From contig NZ_CP065936.1 of NCBI RefSeq assembly GCF_003367075.2, positions 420,001 to 452,000 on the forward strand: a stretch of DNA of 32,000 bases. The letters run 5' to 3'. Under the pieces are notes generated by a model, which did no database searches, was not told the DNA's origin, and saw only the letters and a program-made list of their open reading frames with translations. Source of the stretch: Cylindrospermopsis raciborskii Cr2010 (GTDB taxonomy: Bacteria > Cyanobacteriota > Cyanobacteriia > Cyanobacteriales > Nostocaceae). The position numbers were made by a program, and so were the translations under genes. Below, piece after piece: positions 18,738-29,537 of the stretch (within the stretch, counting starts at the first letter, position 1; each line of letters starts with the position of its first letter).

Positions 18738-19541
18738 ATGGTCCACGCAACAAAACCTATAATGTTAAAAGCAAGGCTCCTATACACAGCAAAAATCCTG
18801 TTTCATGTTTTGGGAGAGTTTGGATACAACCCAATTAAAATGGTAGTTTCCATCTTAGAATTACCACTTTATATTTATCAACTCACTTCATTTTCGATAA
18901 GAAGCAAAAGTCCAGTTAAGATTCGATTGTTTCCCTATTTAACTGATAGACGTGATTTTGCTGGTAGTATCAGTCGCCATTATTTCCATCAAGATCTATG
19001 GGCAGCTAGAAAGGTCTACGAGAATAAACCAGAGAATCACATTGATGTAGGATCTCGAATTGATGGTTTTGTAGCGCATTTACTCACGTTTCGTACGGTC
19101 GAAGTGCTAGATGTGAGAAAAATGACCTCTTCTGTGAAGGGAATGACCTTTAGGCAAGTTAATCTGATGGAATTTCAAAAAGTGCCTGGCAGCGTATGTG
19201 ATTCACTTTCTTGTCTTCATGCCCTGGAACACTTTGGTTTAGGTCGCTACGGGGATCCGATTGATCCCGAGGGACATATTAAAGGACTTAAGTCTTTAAC
19301 TAAGATGCTAAAATCAGGTGGGACGTTGTTGTTATCAGTTCCCACAGGAAAAGAAAGAATAGAGTTCAACGGACACCGCATTTTTTCCGTAACCACTATA
19401 CTAAATTTAACTACTAGTGACTATGACTTAGTGTCATTTTCATACATAGATGATACAAACACTTTATATGAGAACGTTGATACATCATTTGTTCCCACCA
19501 TGTTGTATGGGTGTGGACTATACGAGTTGAAAAAGAAGTAG
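18738..19541 (+). CDS. DUF268 domain-containing protein (methyltransferase-like fold)
   Basis: HIDVGSRIDGFVAHLLTFRTVEVLDVRKM...SLSCLHALEHFGLGRYGDPIDPEGHIKGL...LLLSVPTGKERIEFNGHRIF. Confidence 0.75.
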   Translation: MVHATKPIMLKARLLYTAKILFHVLGEFGYNPIKMVVSILELPLYIYQLTSFSIRSKSPVKIRLFPYLTDRRDFAGSISRHYFHQDLWAARKVYENKPENHIDVGSRIDGFVAHLLTFRTVEVLDVRKMTSSVKGMTFRQVNLMEFQKVPGSVCDSLSCLHALEHFGLGRYGDPIDPEGHIKGLKSLTKMLKSGGTLLLSVPTGKERIEFNGHRIFSVTTILNLTTSDYDLVSFSYIDDTNTLYENVDTSFVPTMLYGCGLYELKKK

Positions 19542-19678
19542 AACATCAAAACACTACATTCCCTAAGGTTATTATAAAATACAAGCGGAACTTAACATTG
19601 AAAAGCAAAGTAACACAAATTGTTTAATTTAACAACATCAGAATCTAAAATATACTAACATGGTGTCCGACTGAAAGA

Positions 19679-21139
19679 ATGTTAAAAAATGGAGCCTATA
19701 ATATAATAGGAGCTTCGCTGCGTGCAGTAGCTGGTATAATTACGGGACCGGTTCTGTCCCGTTTAATGGGTTTGGAAGAATATGGTATTTGGGCTCTTAT
19801 CTCGTCAGTGTTAGCTTTCCTAACAGTGGTAGAGGGGGGACTATCTAATGCAATTACCGTCTTTCTTTCCAGAGATATTGCTGATAAAGATGACCTAAAG
19901 ATATCTGAGACCATAACCATTTCGCTGACCTGGATGCTAGTTTTAGCAATTTTAGCATCTGTATTCCTGTATTCAACCGCAGGAATAGTTATCAATTACT
20001 TTCCTGGGCTAAGTTCTACACAGCAGCACAACAGTATTCGAGCTTTACAGATAGGTTGTTTTTCGGTTTTGTGCCAGCTATTACAACAGGTGTTTATAGG
20101 AATTGAACAGGCATACCATGAGTATAAACTACTGAGTTTTTTAAAAACTGTACAATTTGGATCATTGAGTGTTGGATGGATTATTTCCGCCCATTTAGGT
20201 GGAGGTTCGGTTACACTTGCCACCTGGCAACTGGTTGTGACTTTAATTGTTCTAGGTTGGCACATTTATGTGGTTAGAGCTTTGACTAAAGATCACAATC
20301 TACAATTTCTATGGAACAACCAAAGAGCTACCCAAATTTTTCGCTACAATTTAGCAATGTGGTTAATGACGATTGGAGGAATCTTATTTACACGTGGTGA
20401 TAGAATTGTCGTGGGTTCGGTCTTAGGTCCAGAGTCTCTGGCCATTTATGCCATAGTAAGTGATGTTGCATCTGGAATAAATTTCCTTGTAGCGCAGCCA
20501 ATTCAACCATTTTTACCTGTGGTTAGTCGCCTTGCACTAGACTCTACCTCCTTGCATGCTCTCCAAAATAAGTTTAGACAGGTCATCCAAATAAATAGCT
20601 GTATGGCGGTTTGGTCTGGATCACTTGTTTTAATTTTCTCCCCACTTGTTATTAGTTATGCGATTGGATTGAAGGGTAGTGAGTACAATACTGCATTGTT
20701 TTGTCTTCAAGCATTGGCACTGATAACCACCATACAGTCTCTTTGTAACACCGGCTACTATGTTTTTATGAGTCAAGATGTTAGATATTTGGCATCAATA
20801 TTGTTTATAGGTGGGTTTTCATCTATACTACTAATATATCTAGGATCGCTAGGATATGGTTTAGTGGGATCAATTATTGGAAATTTTGGCTACAACATAA
20901 TGACCATTTGCACTTTTAAATCTGCCGAGAAATTCGGTATTAGTTATAGGTTAACTTTTACTTATATGGCTTTTCCAATGTTTTTGTTTTTCATGACATT
21001 TGCCATGAATTACATATTTTATTTCCCTCACTCCATTTTCTCATTTTTACTAGTCTTGCAGTGCTGTGTGGTTCTGACCTGGTTTGCTTTCCAAAATAAT
21101 ATCCGTATTCCTACAATTATTAGGAGTTTAGGAAGATAA
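19679..21139 (+). CDS. Polysaccharide flippase (Wzx/MATE-like, oligosaccharide translocase)
   Basis: 486-aa hydrophobic ORF with N-terminal GASLRAVAGIITGPVLSRLMGLEEYGIWALISSV typical of polysaccharide transporters. Confidence 0.85.
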   Translation: MLKNGAYNIIGASLRAVAGIITGPVLSRLMGLEEYGIWALISSVLAFLTVVEGGLSNAITVFLSRDIADKDDLKISETITISLTWMLVLAILASVFLYSTAGIVINYFPGLSSTQQHNSIRALQIGCFSVLCQLLQQVFIGIEQAYHEYKLLSFLKTVQFGSLSVGWIISAHLGGGSVTLATWQLVVTLIVLGWHIYVVRALTKDHNLQFLWNNQRATQIFRYNLAMWLMTIGGILFTRGDRIVVGSVLGPESLAIYAIVSDVASGINFLVAQPIQPFLPVVSRLALDSTSLHALQNKFRQVIQINSCMAVWSGSLVLIFSPLVISYAIGLKGSEYNTALFCLQALALITTIQSLCNTGYYVFMSQDVRYLASILFIGGFSSILLIYLGSLGYGLVGSIIGNFGYNIMTICTFKSAEKFGISYRLTFTYMAFPMFLFFMTFAMNYIFYFPHSIFSFLLVLQCCVVLTWFAFQNNIRIPTIIRSLGR

Positions 21140-21213
21140 ATCCGTCAATCAACAACCATAAAGTTACCGGATTTGCCAGTCATAGCGAAAAGCAATCACT
21201 ATTTTCATTATTC

Positions 21214-22488
21214 ATGTATACATACAGATTTTTCAGAAAATCAGATACCGTTTGGTACTTTTTGTTGTTTGCTTTGCTGTTGTTAACTTTATATATTCAG
21301 TATTTGTCCAAACACGGTTACATACCCTTGACTGGTATTTATGTTCCCGATGGTTATACCTATGAATTAAGGGCGCTAGAAAACAGGGAACTTGAAGAGT
21401 TTTCTGCATTCTCATACAATCTCTTTAATCAATTTATTTATAATAGTTTCTTGGGTGCATTTGGCTTTTTTTTATTCAACTCATCATTACTTTTTTTATC
21501 TGTTTGGCTATGTAGACCCGTTTTTGCTAGTATTTCAGAGAATTCCGTAAATTATGCGAGATTTGCTATTGTATTCAATCCATACTTACTAATTAGTGCA
21601 ATTGGACCTAACAAAGAAAGCATTTTACTGTTCATAAACCTACTCTTTTGGTATTCATGCTTTTATGGTTATAGGAATGAGGAGAGGAGATCAAACAATA
21701 AAGGAAAGTTGGTGGCAAAAATAATCAAGCTAGTTGCACTATTTACTTTAGCTTCCATACCTTTGTTTATTCGACCAATTGTATCAATTCTCCTTTATGT
21801 TAGTTTGATTTACAAGATTTTTAGGTTTAAAAAAACTAGACTAGTGGCAACATGGGTACTTGTGTTTTACTTTGTGTCCATATCAATTCCGGCTATCAAC
21901 GAAATTTACGCTCAACAAGTAGATCAAGGCTTGTCTAGCTTCACCAGTTCCAGTATTTACGATTTAGCTGCAACTCTCGCTAAATATAGTCTTGATCCAA
22001 TAATGCAATATCCTGCCTTCATAGCCAAAACAATCCTGTTATTTTTTGGTTTCATTGTCAGGCCATTCAGTTTTTTTGAACTCCTTGATGTAGGATATAG
22101 TTTTTTGGCAGTTGCGTATTTCCCAATTAACCTGAGTTTGATTTTAACGTTCTTCAACAAGAACAACTACAATAATTCTGAAAATTCATCAGAATCCGGG
22201 GAAGAAATTCTTTCCTCGCCAAATAATGATAGTCCCAATGCATTCCTTATTTTTGCACTATTATCTATGTTCATTGTAGTTGTGAGTCCTGGATTTACAT
22301 TTCGGTACTTTATTCCCATTACACCATTTACTTTTGCTTTGTTCACTTGTCAAAATTCCTCCACCAGGAAAATGCTAGTGACGATATCGGTTTTGATTGG
22401 TGTTTTAGTGATAGTAGGGAACCTACTTTTTTCTCAAAAAAGTTTCTATCAAGACGTTTCACTACCTGTTTTCATGGATTGGCTGTGA
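21214..22488 (+). CDS. Polytopic membrane protein, candidate Wzy-like polymerase
   Basis: 424-aa ORF with many hydrophobic segments, positioned next to the flippase. No specific motif recognised. Confidence 0.5.
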   Translation: MYTYRFFRKSDTVWYFLLFALLLLTLYIQYLSKHGYIPLTGIYVPDGYTYELRALENRELEEFSAFSYNLFNQFIYNSFLGAFGFFLFNSSLLFLSVWLCRPVFASISENSVNYARFAIVFNPYLLISAIGPNKESILLFINLLFWYSCFYGYRNEERRSNNKGKLVAKIIKLVALFTLASIPLFIRPIVSILLYVSLIYKIFRFKKTRLVATWVLVFYFVSISIPAINEIYAQQVDQGLSSFTSSSIYDLAATLAKYSLDPIMQYPAFIAKTILLFFGFIVRPFSFFELLDVGYSFLAVAYFPINLSLILTFFNKNNYNNSENSSESGEEILSSPNNDSPNAFLIFALLSMFIVVVSPGFTFRYFIPITPFTFALFTCQNSSTRKMLVTISVLIGVLVIVGNLLFSQKSFYQDVSLPVFMDWL

Positions 22489-22639
22489 AAGAGAAAGTAT
22501 TGGCATTACTGAATCATGAGATTTTTTTAATTAAAATGACTTCAGATTTATTTCATCCCTCATTCTTCCAACACCCTAATTCTGCAAAGCTGGCTAAAAC
22601 ACTTTAGTTACTAACACTACAAAGTCTCACTCTTTCAAA

Positions 22640-23698
22640 ATGACTAAACTACTAGTTACCGGTTCTTCAGGTTTAATTGGTTCCGAGGTTTGTATTTATT
22701 TCGCCAACTCGGGTTGGGAAATACATGGTGTTGACAATAATCAAAGAGCTATCTTTTTTGGACCCCAGGGGGATACTCGTTGGAATCAACACCGCTTACA
22801 GTCTTCTATTGATAGATTCACCCATCACGAATTGGACATTCGCGATCGCCAAGGAGTGTTAAATTTACTATGCGATTTGCGTCCGGATGCTATTGTTCAC
22901 ACTGCTGCACAACCATCCCATGATCGAGCGGCTGCAATTCCTTTTGATGATTTTGATACTAATGCTGTAGGTACGTTGAATCTTTTAGAAGCAGCACGCC
23001 AATTTTGCTCCGAAGTTCCCTTTATTCATATGTCAACCAATAAGGTGTACGGAGATGCTCCTAACGAGATTCCTTTAATTGAACTTGATACTCGTTGGAA
23101 TTATGCCGACCCGTGTTATCAAGAAGGCATTCCGGAAACTTTCCGTATTGATCAGTCAAAGCACTCATTGTTTGGAGCATCCAAAGTTGCTGCTGATGTA
23201 ATGGTCCAAGAGTATGGTCGTTACTTCAATATGAACACGTGCTGCTTGCGTGGGGGGTGTTTAACTGGTCCAAATCACTCTGGAGTAGAGCTACATGGGT
23301 TTCTAAGTTATTTAGTCAAATGTAACTTAGAAGGACGCGTGTACAATGTATTTGGCTATAAAGGTAAACAGGTTAGAGATAATATTCATTCATTAGATGT
23401 AGCTAGGTTTATTGATGAATTTATTAGAAGTCCCCGTTCAGGAGAAGTCTACAACCTTGGTGGTGGTAGAAACAATACCTGCTCAATTTTAGAGGCTTTT
23501 GATATGGTGTCTTCCCTTTCGGGTAAACCAATGCACTATGAATACATAGACAAAAATCGTGAAGGGGATCACATTTGTTATTATAGCGATTTGACAAAGA
23601 TGCAAGCAGACTATCCCAACTGGGCTATCACAATTCCTCTTGCCCAGATTTTTGCCGAGATAGTTGACTCCTGGAAATCCCGGTTGCTGGAACAATGA
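22640..23698 (+). CDS. NAD-dependent epimerase/dehydratase, CDP-paratose 2-epimerase-like
   Basis: [46 protein letters not shown]...[11 protein letters not shown]...[17 protein letters not shown] resembles CDP-tyvelose/paratose epimerases. Confidence 0.8.
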   Translation: MTKLLVTGSSGLIGSEVCIYFANSGWEIHGVDNNQRAIFFGPQGDTRWNQHRLQSSIDRFTHHELDIRDRQGVLNLLCDLRPDAIVHTAAQPSHDRAAAIPFDDFDTNAVGTLNLLEAARQFCSEVPFIHMSTNKVYGDAPNEIPLIELDTRWNYADPCYQEGIPETFRIDQSKHSLFGASKVAADVMVQEYGRYFNMNTCCLRGGCLTGPNHSGVELHGFLSYLVKCNLEGRVYNVFGYKGKQVRDNIHSLDVARFIDEFIRSPRSGEVYNLGGGRNNTCSILEAFDMVSSLSGKPMHYEYIDKNREGDHICYYSDLTKMQADYPNWAITIPLAQIFAEIVDSWKSRLLEQ

Positions 23699-23800
23699 AC
23701 ACTAAATAATAGTTTCTTAATAATTTTATTTATCCTAACCCGCGCATTCGAGAAAAATTTTCTCTGATTTACAAAATTTAGGAGTCATCAATACTCAGTC

Positions 23801-24694
23801 ATGAAAAAAACAGTAGTCCTTCTGAAGGGAGGTCTGGGAAATCAAATGTTCCAGTATGCCTTTGCCAGATCTATTTCTCTTAAAAATTCTTCAGAACTTG
23901 TAATAGACAACTGGTCCGGATTTACATTCGATTACAAGTATCACCGACAATATGAACTTGGTACTTTTTCCATAGTAGGCCGCCCCGCCAACCTAACCGA
24001 AAAGTTTCCTTTTTGGTTTTACGAACTAAAGTCTAAGTTCTTCCCAAGATTACCAAAAGTCTTTCAACAACAGTTCTATGGTCTGCTAATCAATGAAGTA
24101 GGTGGTGAATATATACCAGAGATTGAAGAAACCAAAATATCCCAAAACTGTTGGTTAAACGGCTACTGGCAAAGTCCTTTATATTTCCAGAAACATTCTG
24201 ATTCAATTGCCAGAGAATTAATGCCCCCTGAACCAATGGAAAAGCATTTTTTGGAACTTGGCAAACTCTTAAGACAAACTGAGTCTGTGGCTTTAGGAAT
24301 CAGGCTATATGAGGAAAGTAAAAATCCTGGATCTCATTCAAGCAGTGGTGAGTTAAAGAGTCATTTTGAAATCAATCAAGCTATTCTAAAGTTGAGAGAA
24401 TTATGCAATGGGGCTAAATTTTTTGTATTTTGCACCCATCGCTCCCCTCTGCTGCAAGAACTAGCCTTACCTGAAAATACCATTTTTGTCACCCATGATG
24501 ATGGATATGTTGGTAGTATGGAGAGAATGTGGCTTTTGACACAATGTAAGCACCATATATTTACTAACAGTACATTTTACTGGTGGGGAGCCTGGTTAAG
24601 TCAGAAGTTTTATATTCAGGGAAGTCAAATCGTTTTTGCTGCGGACAATTTCATCAATTCAGATGCTATACCTAAACATTGGAATCTTTTTTAG
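23801..24694 (+). CDS. Alpha-1,2-fucosyltransferase-like (GT11)
   Basis: KGGLGNQMFQYAFARSI, NCWLNGYWQSPLYF, TNSTFYWWGAWLS motifs. Confidence 0.88.
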   Translation: MKKTVVLLKGGLGNQMFQYAFARSISLKNSSELVIDNWSGFTFDYKYHRQYELGTFSIVGRPANLTEKFPFWFYELKSKFFPRLPKVFQQQFYGLLINEVGGEYIPEIEETKISQNCWLNGYWQSPLYFQKHSDSIARELMPPEPMEKHFLELGKLLRQTESVALGIRLYEESKNPGSHSSSGELKSHFEINQAILKLRELCNGAKFFVFCTHRSPLLQELALPENTIFVTHDDGYVGSMERMWLLTQCKHHIFTNSTFYWWGAWLSQKFYIQGSQIVFAADNFINSDAIPKHWNLF

Positions 24695-24746
24695 ATTCTC
24701 AAACCAGTGTAATATGCAATATACTGGTGCAGTGTAATAACTGTAA

Positions 24747-24795
24747 GCTGGACTTCAGGATGCCTACGAATCACTTAAGGTCATTCAACATATTT
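24747..24795 (+). pseudogene. Relic of the 3' end of a Gfo/Idh/MocA oxidoreductase gene
   Basis: GCTGGACTTCAGGATGCCTACGAATCACTTAAGGTCATTCAACATATTT matches 28720-28768 with one mismatch. Confidence 0.75.
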
Positions 24796-24881
24796 TCAAC
24801 ATATTTATCCGTGCTACTACTTTTATTTTCAGCGGTATTCTCCCATATAATACATTACCAAACATAGGCATTGTAAATTGT

Positions 24882-25841
24882 ATGAAAAAAGTTTTCATTA
24901 CTGGGTGTGCTGGTTTTATCGGCAGTAATCTCACTGATCGCTTACTAAGCTTAGGTACTAAAGTTACTGGTTATGATAACTTTTCCACTGGCCAAGAACG
25001 TTTTTTGGCATTGGCTTCTAAAAATGCTAACTTCAACTTAGTTCGCGGCGATTTGCTGGACCAAACTGTCCTTACTAATGCCATGGAGGGGTGCGAAATG
25101 GTGTTTCATCTGGCAGCCAATGCTGATGTGCGTTTCGGAACTAATCATCCCCGTCGTGACCTTGAGCAAAATACCATTGCTACTTATAATGTCCTTGAAG
25201 CTATGAGACAGAATGGTATTCAACACATTGCCTTTTCTTCCACCGGGTCTGTGTATGGCGAAGCACCTGTCATTCCCACCCCAGAAGATGCGCCCTTTCC
25301 CATTCAAACCTCCCTTTATGGAGCTTCTAAACTGGCTGGAGAGGGGTTGATTGCCGCCTACTGTGAGGGGTTTGGCTTTCAATCCTGGATTTTTCGTTTT
25401 GTTTCTATCCTGGGTGAACGGTATACTCATGGGCATGTTTTCGACTTTTATAAGCAACTAAAAGCCGATCCAACACGTTTAGCTGTGTTGGGAAATGGCA
25501 CTCAACGTAAGTCTTATCTCTATATCCAAGACTGTCTAGATGCTATACTGTTAGCTATAGAGCGTGCTTCTAATCGGGTTAATATATTTAATCTAGGGGT
25601 TGATGACTATTGCCAGGTAAATAACTCCATTGGCTGGATTTGCCAGGAGTTGGGCGTTAATCCCCAATTGGAATATTCAGGGGGCGATCGCGGTTGGATT
25701 GGTGACAATCCCTTCATCCATCTTGATGTGAGTAAGATTCAAGCACTGGGGTGGGAACCTAAGTTGACCATCCGAGAAGGTGTGATCAAAACTGTTCAAT
25801 ACCTGAGAGCTAACGAATGGGTATTTGAGGTTCGCAAATGA
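24882..25841 (+). CDS. NAD-dependent epimerase/dehydratase (UDP-glucose 4-epimerase-like)
   Basis: VFITGCAGFIGSNLTDRLLSLG...FSSTGSVYGEAP...SLYGASKLAGEGL. Confidence 0.85.
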   Translation: MKKVFITGCAGFIGSNLTDRLLSLGTKVTGYDNFSTGQERFLALASKNANFNLVRGDLLDQTVLTNAMEGCEMVFHLAANADVRFGTNHPRRDLEQNTIATYNVLEAMRQNGIQHIAFSSTGSVYGEAPVIPTPEDAPFPIQTSLYGASKLAGEGLIAAYCEGFGFQSWIFRFVSILGERYTHGHVFDFYKQLKADPTRLAVLGNGTQRKSYLYIQDCLDAILLAIERASNRVNIFNLGVDDYCQVNNSIGWICQELGVNPQLEYSGGDRGWIGDNPFIHLDVSKIQALGWEPKLTIREGVIKTVQYLRANEWVFEVRK

Positions 25842-26695
25842 ACTCTAAGGTTGCCTTAATTACTGGAGCTTCGAGAGGTTTGGGCAAGGTCTTGGCTCAT
25901 CGGTTTTGGGAGTCCAATTACAGTCTCTATCTCATCGCTAGAAGTTACGAAGAATTACAAAAGGTAAGATCTTCTTTACCGCCTAGGCCCAGTCAAAATT
26001 GTGACATTTATGGTTGTGATCTGAGTATTTCTGAGTCTATTGAACGTTTAAGATCTGAAATTTATAACAACCTGTCACGTTTAAATGTGCTCATTAATAA
26101 CGCCGGAACCCATGGTCCAATTGGTCAGAGTTGGGTTAACAATACTGTTGACTGGCAAAAAACCATACAAGTAAATCTCTTCGCTCCTGTGGCCCTTTGT
26201 CAAATAGCAGTTCCGCTTATGGAGCAAACTGGTGGCGGGGTAATAATTAATCTTTCTGGCGGAGGCGCAACTGGCCCGCGTCCCAATTTTTCAGCATACG
26301 CAACGGCTAAGGCGGCTCTAGTTCGTTTTAGTGAAACCCTTGCAGAGGAAACACGAGGAATAAGTATTAGAGTTAACTGTATTGCACCTGGTGCCATGAA
26401 GACGGCTTTATTGGCGGAAATATTAGAAAAGGGCACTCAATTGTCTGGTGAGCGTGAGTTTGATCTTGCCAGCAAGGTCCTTGTGGAGGGTGGAGCATCA
26501 ATGGATAGGGTAGCTGACCTGGCTTTATTTCTCGCCTCTGAAGATAGTAAAGGTATTACAGGTAAGTTAATTAGTGCAGTCTGGGATCGCTGGGAAGATT
26601 GGCCTTTGTATCTTGACGAGTTGAGTAAAACAGATGTTTACACCTTGCGGCGTATTGTTGGACGAGACCGTGGTATGACCTGGGGGGATAAATAA
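25838..26695 (+). CDS. SDR family NAD(P)-dependent oxidoreductase
   Basis: ALITGASRGLGKVLA...INNAG...INLSGGGATGPRPNFSAYATAKAALVR. ATGA overlap with the upstream gene. Confidence 0.88.
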   Translation: MNSKVALITGASRGLGKVLAHRFWESNYSLYLIARSYEELQKVRSSLPPRPSQNCDIYGCDLSISESIERLRSEIYNNLSRLNVLINNAGTHGPIGQSWVNNTVDWQKTIQVNLFAPVALCQIAVPLMEQTGGGVIINLSGGGATGPRPNFSAYATAKAALVRFSETLAEETRGISIRVNCIAPGAMKTALLAEILEKGTQLSGEREFDLASKVLVEGGASMDRVADLALFLASEDSKGITGKLISAVWDRWEDWPLYLDELSKTDVYTLRRIVGRDRGMTWGDK

Positions 26696-26747
26696 ATGCT
26701 TTTATATCAGTTCCAAGGACAATCTAAGAAATGAGGTAATTGTAAAT

Positions 26748-27677
26748 ATGTCGGAGAATAGCTTTCCCTATTTGCTTGAATACGTAAACTGCGATCTCTG
26801 CGGAGCTAATCAGCCTAAAACGAGATATGTTAAGAAAGGTTCCGCTTTGCCAATAGACTTCAGTATCGTTCAGTGTAGTAATTGTGGCTTAGTATACACT
26901 AATCCTAGACCGCACCCCTCATTGACCCATTTGATATACACCACGGAATACTATTATGGAGAAGGGTGCGATCCGGTCTTTTCTGCTGAAGGGTCAACCA
27001 AGGCAAATGATTCTGAAATGCTTTTAGATGCTATATCTTCGTACTTTGAGCAAGTACATCATTCACCTGAAGATAGAAAAATACTAATCGAAGCTGGTGG
27101 AGGTGCGGGTCTTATTTGTAAAGCGGCAAATGACCGCCACTTCAACTCAATTATGACAGACCTATCTCCTGACTCTATAAATATAGCTCGAAATAATGGT
27201 ATCAATTGCATTCTTGGAGAACTTGATTCAGAGGAGCTTGAACATCTGCATGGTAAGGTGGATGTTGTTGTTGCTAACGAGGTAATTGAGCACGTTTATT
27301 CACCAAGAAAATTTCTTATAGATGTATTTAGACTACTTCGTCCGGGTGGAATTTTTTGTTATACAACGGGTAATTACGCAGAGACTCGCTTACAAGGTAA
27401 GAATTGGAGCTATATGAATATACCTGACGCTCATATACACTTTTTTACTCGAGGCATTATGGATAGATACCTCAAAGAAACTGGATTTTCTGGTAGGGTT
27501 GATATATACAGTTTCTATACCAAAAATAATGCGGGCTATAAATTAATGAGAAAGTTGGGGATCAAGTTATCGAAAGGTTATCCTAAAACAACTATGGAGA
27601 AGTTGTTCTACTCACATATTTTTAAGGCCAGCGAGGTAGCATTTTTCCGGCGTCGGTTTGACTGGGCAATTAAGTGA
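26748..27677 (+). CDS. Class I SAM-dependent methyltransferase
   Basis: N-terminal Cys-rich CDLCGANQPKTRYVKKG...CSNCGLVYTNPRP, then VVVANEVIEHVYSPRKFLIDVFRLLRPGG. Confidence 0.85.
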   Translation: MSENSFPYLLEYVNCDLCGANQPKTRYVKKGSALPIDFSIVQCSNCGLVYTNPRPHPSLTHLIYTTEYYYGEGCDPVFSAEGSTKANDSEMLLDAISSYFEQVHHSPEDRKILIEAGGGAGLICKAANDRHFNSIMTDLSPDSINIARNNGINCILGELDSEELEHLHGKVDVVVANEVIEHVYSPRKFLIDVFRLLRPGGIFCYTTGNYAETRLQGKNWSYMNIPDAHIHFFTRGIMDRYLKETGFSGRVDIYSFYTKNNAGYKLMRKLGIKLSKGYPKTTMEKLFYSHIFKASEVAFFRRRFDWAIK

Positions 27678-27805
27678 GATCCTCTAATTCGGACGTTGGA
27701 CAGGGGATGAAATAAAACCTGTAAACTTTAGAAATCCGTTGTTGTGGTGTTTTTTATATTATTGGTATGATAAACACTTGTATACTAAATCAGTAGTACA
27801 ACAGC

Positions 27806-28792
27806 ATGTTAAATATTGGAATAATTGGTTGTGGACTGATTGGGCAAAAACGCGCCAAATCCCTAGGCGAAGGCAGTCGCCTTGTGGCCTGTGCGGACAT
27901 CGATCTAAACCGTGCCCAATCCCTAGCGGGCACCCAGTCCAAGGCATTTGATAATTACCACGATCTCCTTGCACTCCCCGAGGTTGATGCGGTGGTGGTG
28001 TCCACCCTCCACGACTCCTTGGCTGCAATTACCCTGGCTGCCATCCAGTCTGGTAAGCATGTACTGGTAGAAAAACCCGCTGCTCGCCACACAAGAGAAT
28101 TAGAACCGGTTATGGCAGCAGCTAATCAAATAGATGTCAAGGTGCGTGTAGGCTTTAATCACCGATATCACCGAGCCATGCGTAAGGCCAAGCAGTTGGT
28201 TGATGATGGTGTTCTAGGAGATTTAATGTTTATTAGAGCCCGTTATGGTCATGGTGGTCGAGTTGGCTATGACAAGGAGTGGCGGTCCAGACCAGAATTG
28301 TCGGGGGGAGGGGAATTGATTGATCAAGGCCCTCACTTAATCGATCTATCCCGTTGGTTCTTATCTCAAGAATTTGTAGAAGTTCAGGGATTTGCTCATA
28401 CTTACTACTGGGATATGCCGGTGGATGACAATGGATTTATGTTGCTCAAGACTGCTAACCACCAGACTGCCTTTCTCCATGCTTCGTGCACTGAGTGGAA
28501 GAATCTATTTTCCATGGAGATCTATGGACGTGATGGCAAGTTAGAGATTTCTGGGTTGGGTGGTAGCTATGGTGTAGAACGACTGACCTGGTACAAAATG
28601 TTACCTGAGATGGGTCCCCCTGAAACTACCACCTGGGAATATCCGATGACCGATAATTCTTGGGCAATTGAGTTAGCTGAATTTTATGACGATATTCTTT
28701 TGAATCGATCAGTGGATGCTGGACTTCAGGATGCTTACGAATCACTTAAGGTCATTCAACATATTTATAGGATCTCTAACTATGATTTTTAA
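27806..28792 (+). CDS. Gfo/Idh/MocA family oxidoreductase
   Basis: NIGIIGCGLIGQKRAKSL...VLVEKPAARHTRELEPVMAAAN...GFNHRYHRA. Confidence 0.9.
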   Translation: MLNIGIIGCGLIGQKRAKSLGEGSRLVACADIDLNRAQSLAGTQSKAFDNYHDLLALPEVDAVVVSTLHDSLAAITLAAIQSGKHVLVEKPAARHTRELEPVMAAANQIDVKVRVGFNHRYHRAMRKAKQLVDDGVLGDLMFIRARYGHGGRVGYDKEWRSRPELSGGGELIDQGPHLIDLSRWFLSQEFVEVQGFAHTYYWDMPVDDNGFMLLKTANHQTAFLHASCTEWKNLFSMEIYGRDGKLEISGLGGSYGVERLTWYKMLPEMGPPETTTWEYPMTDNSWAIELAEFYDDILLNRSVDAGLQDAYESLKVIQHIYRISNYDF

Positions 28793-29537
28793 CCTGCTTT
28801 ATAAATCTGCATATATCCTTGAGAAATTATCGGCCTTTGCTCAGGGTAAGGGTTATGGCAGTAGAAGTATTCGCCAGGAGATTGCTGTTGCAAAAAAACT
28901 GATGCAGTCCTTACAACGTGAATTACTCATGATTGATATTGGCGGCAATATAGGCGACTACACATACCAGTTGCGTAAAGGGTTCAAGCAGGCAGAAGTT
29001 CATATTTTTGAACCATCTATTGTCAATGTAAACAAGTTAAGTCAACGATTTAAAGGCGATCCATTGGTTATTTTGAATCCCGTTGGGGTTTCTAACTGTG
29101 AGGGAAGTTTCTTGTTGTATTCTAATGAACAGGGATCTGGAATTGCTAGTCTATCGAAGCGACGATTGGATCACTTTGATATTAGCTTTGACTTTTCGGA
29201 GCAGATCCAGACTATTTGCTTTGAAAATTACTGGATCAATCAACTGAATCGGAAAAGAATAAATCTAGTAAAGCTAGATATTGAAGGACATGAGTTAGAT
29301 GCTTTAAGAGGATTCGGATCCGCAATCTGGGCTACTGAACTCATTCAATTTGAGTTTGGTGGATGTAATTTAGATACCCACACTACCTTTCAAGACTTCT
29401 TTTATTTCTTTAAAGAACACAATTATGAAATATATAGAATAACGCCATTCGGTTCAGAAAAAATAAGTAAATACCGTGAAATTGATGAATTTTATTCAAC
29501 AACTAATTTTATTGCAAGAAATAGATCCTTACTATGA
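28784..29537 (+). CDS. FkbM family methyltransferase
   Basis: MIFNLLYKS...MIDIGGNIGDYTYQLRKG...VEIHIFEPS-like region, NLVKLDIEGHELDALRGF. The likely start, ATG 28784, overlaps the previous gene; the ORF track start at 28716 is too far upstream. Confidence 0.85.

Noticed and set aside
24679-24867. 62-aa ORF MESFLDSQTSVICNILVQCNN...
   Set aside because: It starts inside the fucosyltransferase gene end and reads the relic of the oxidoreductase gene out of frame. No coding support.
27759-28028. Minus ORF MQPRSRGGWTPPPHQPRG... opposite the Gfo/Idh/MocA gene, and similar overlapped ORFs (19696-20265, 25038-25457, 31388-31802)
   Set aside because: They lie antisense to strong coding genes with recognisable motifs and are treated as spurious.
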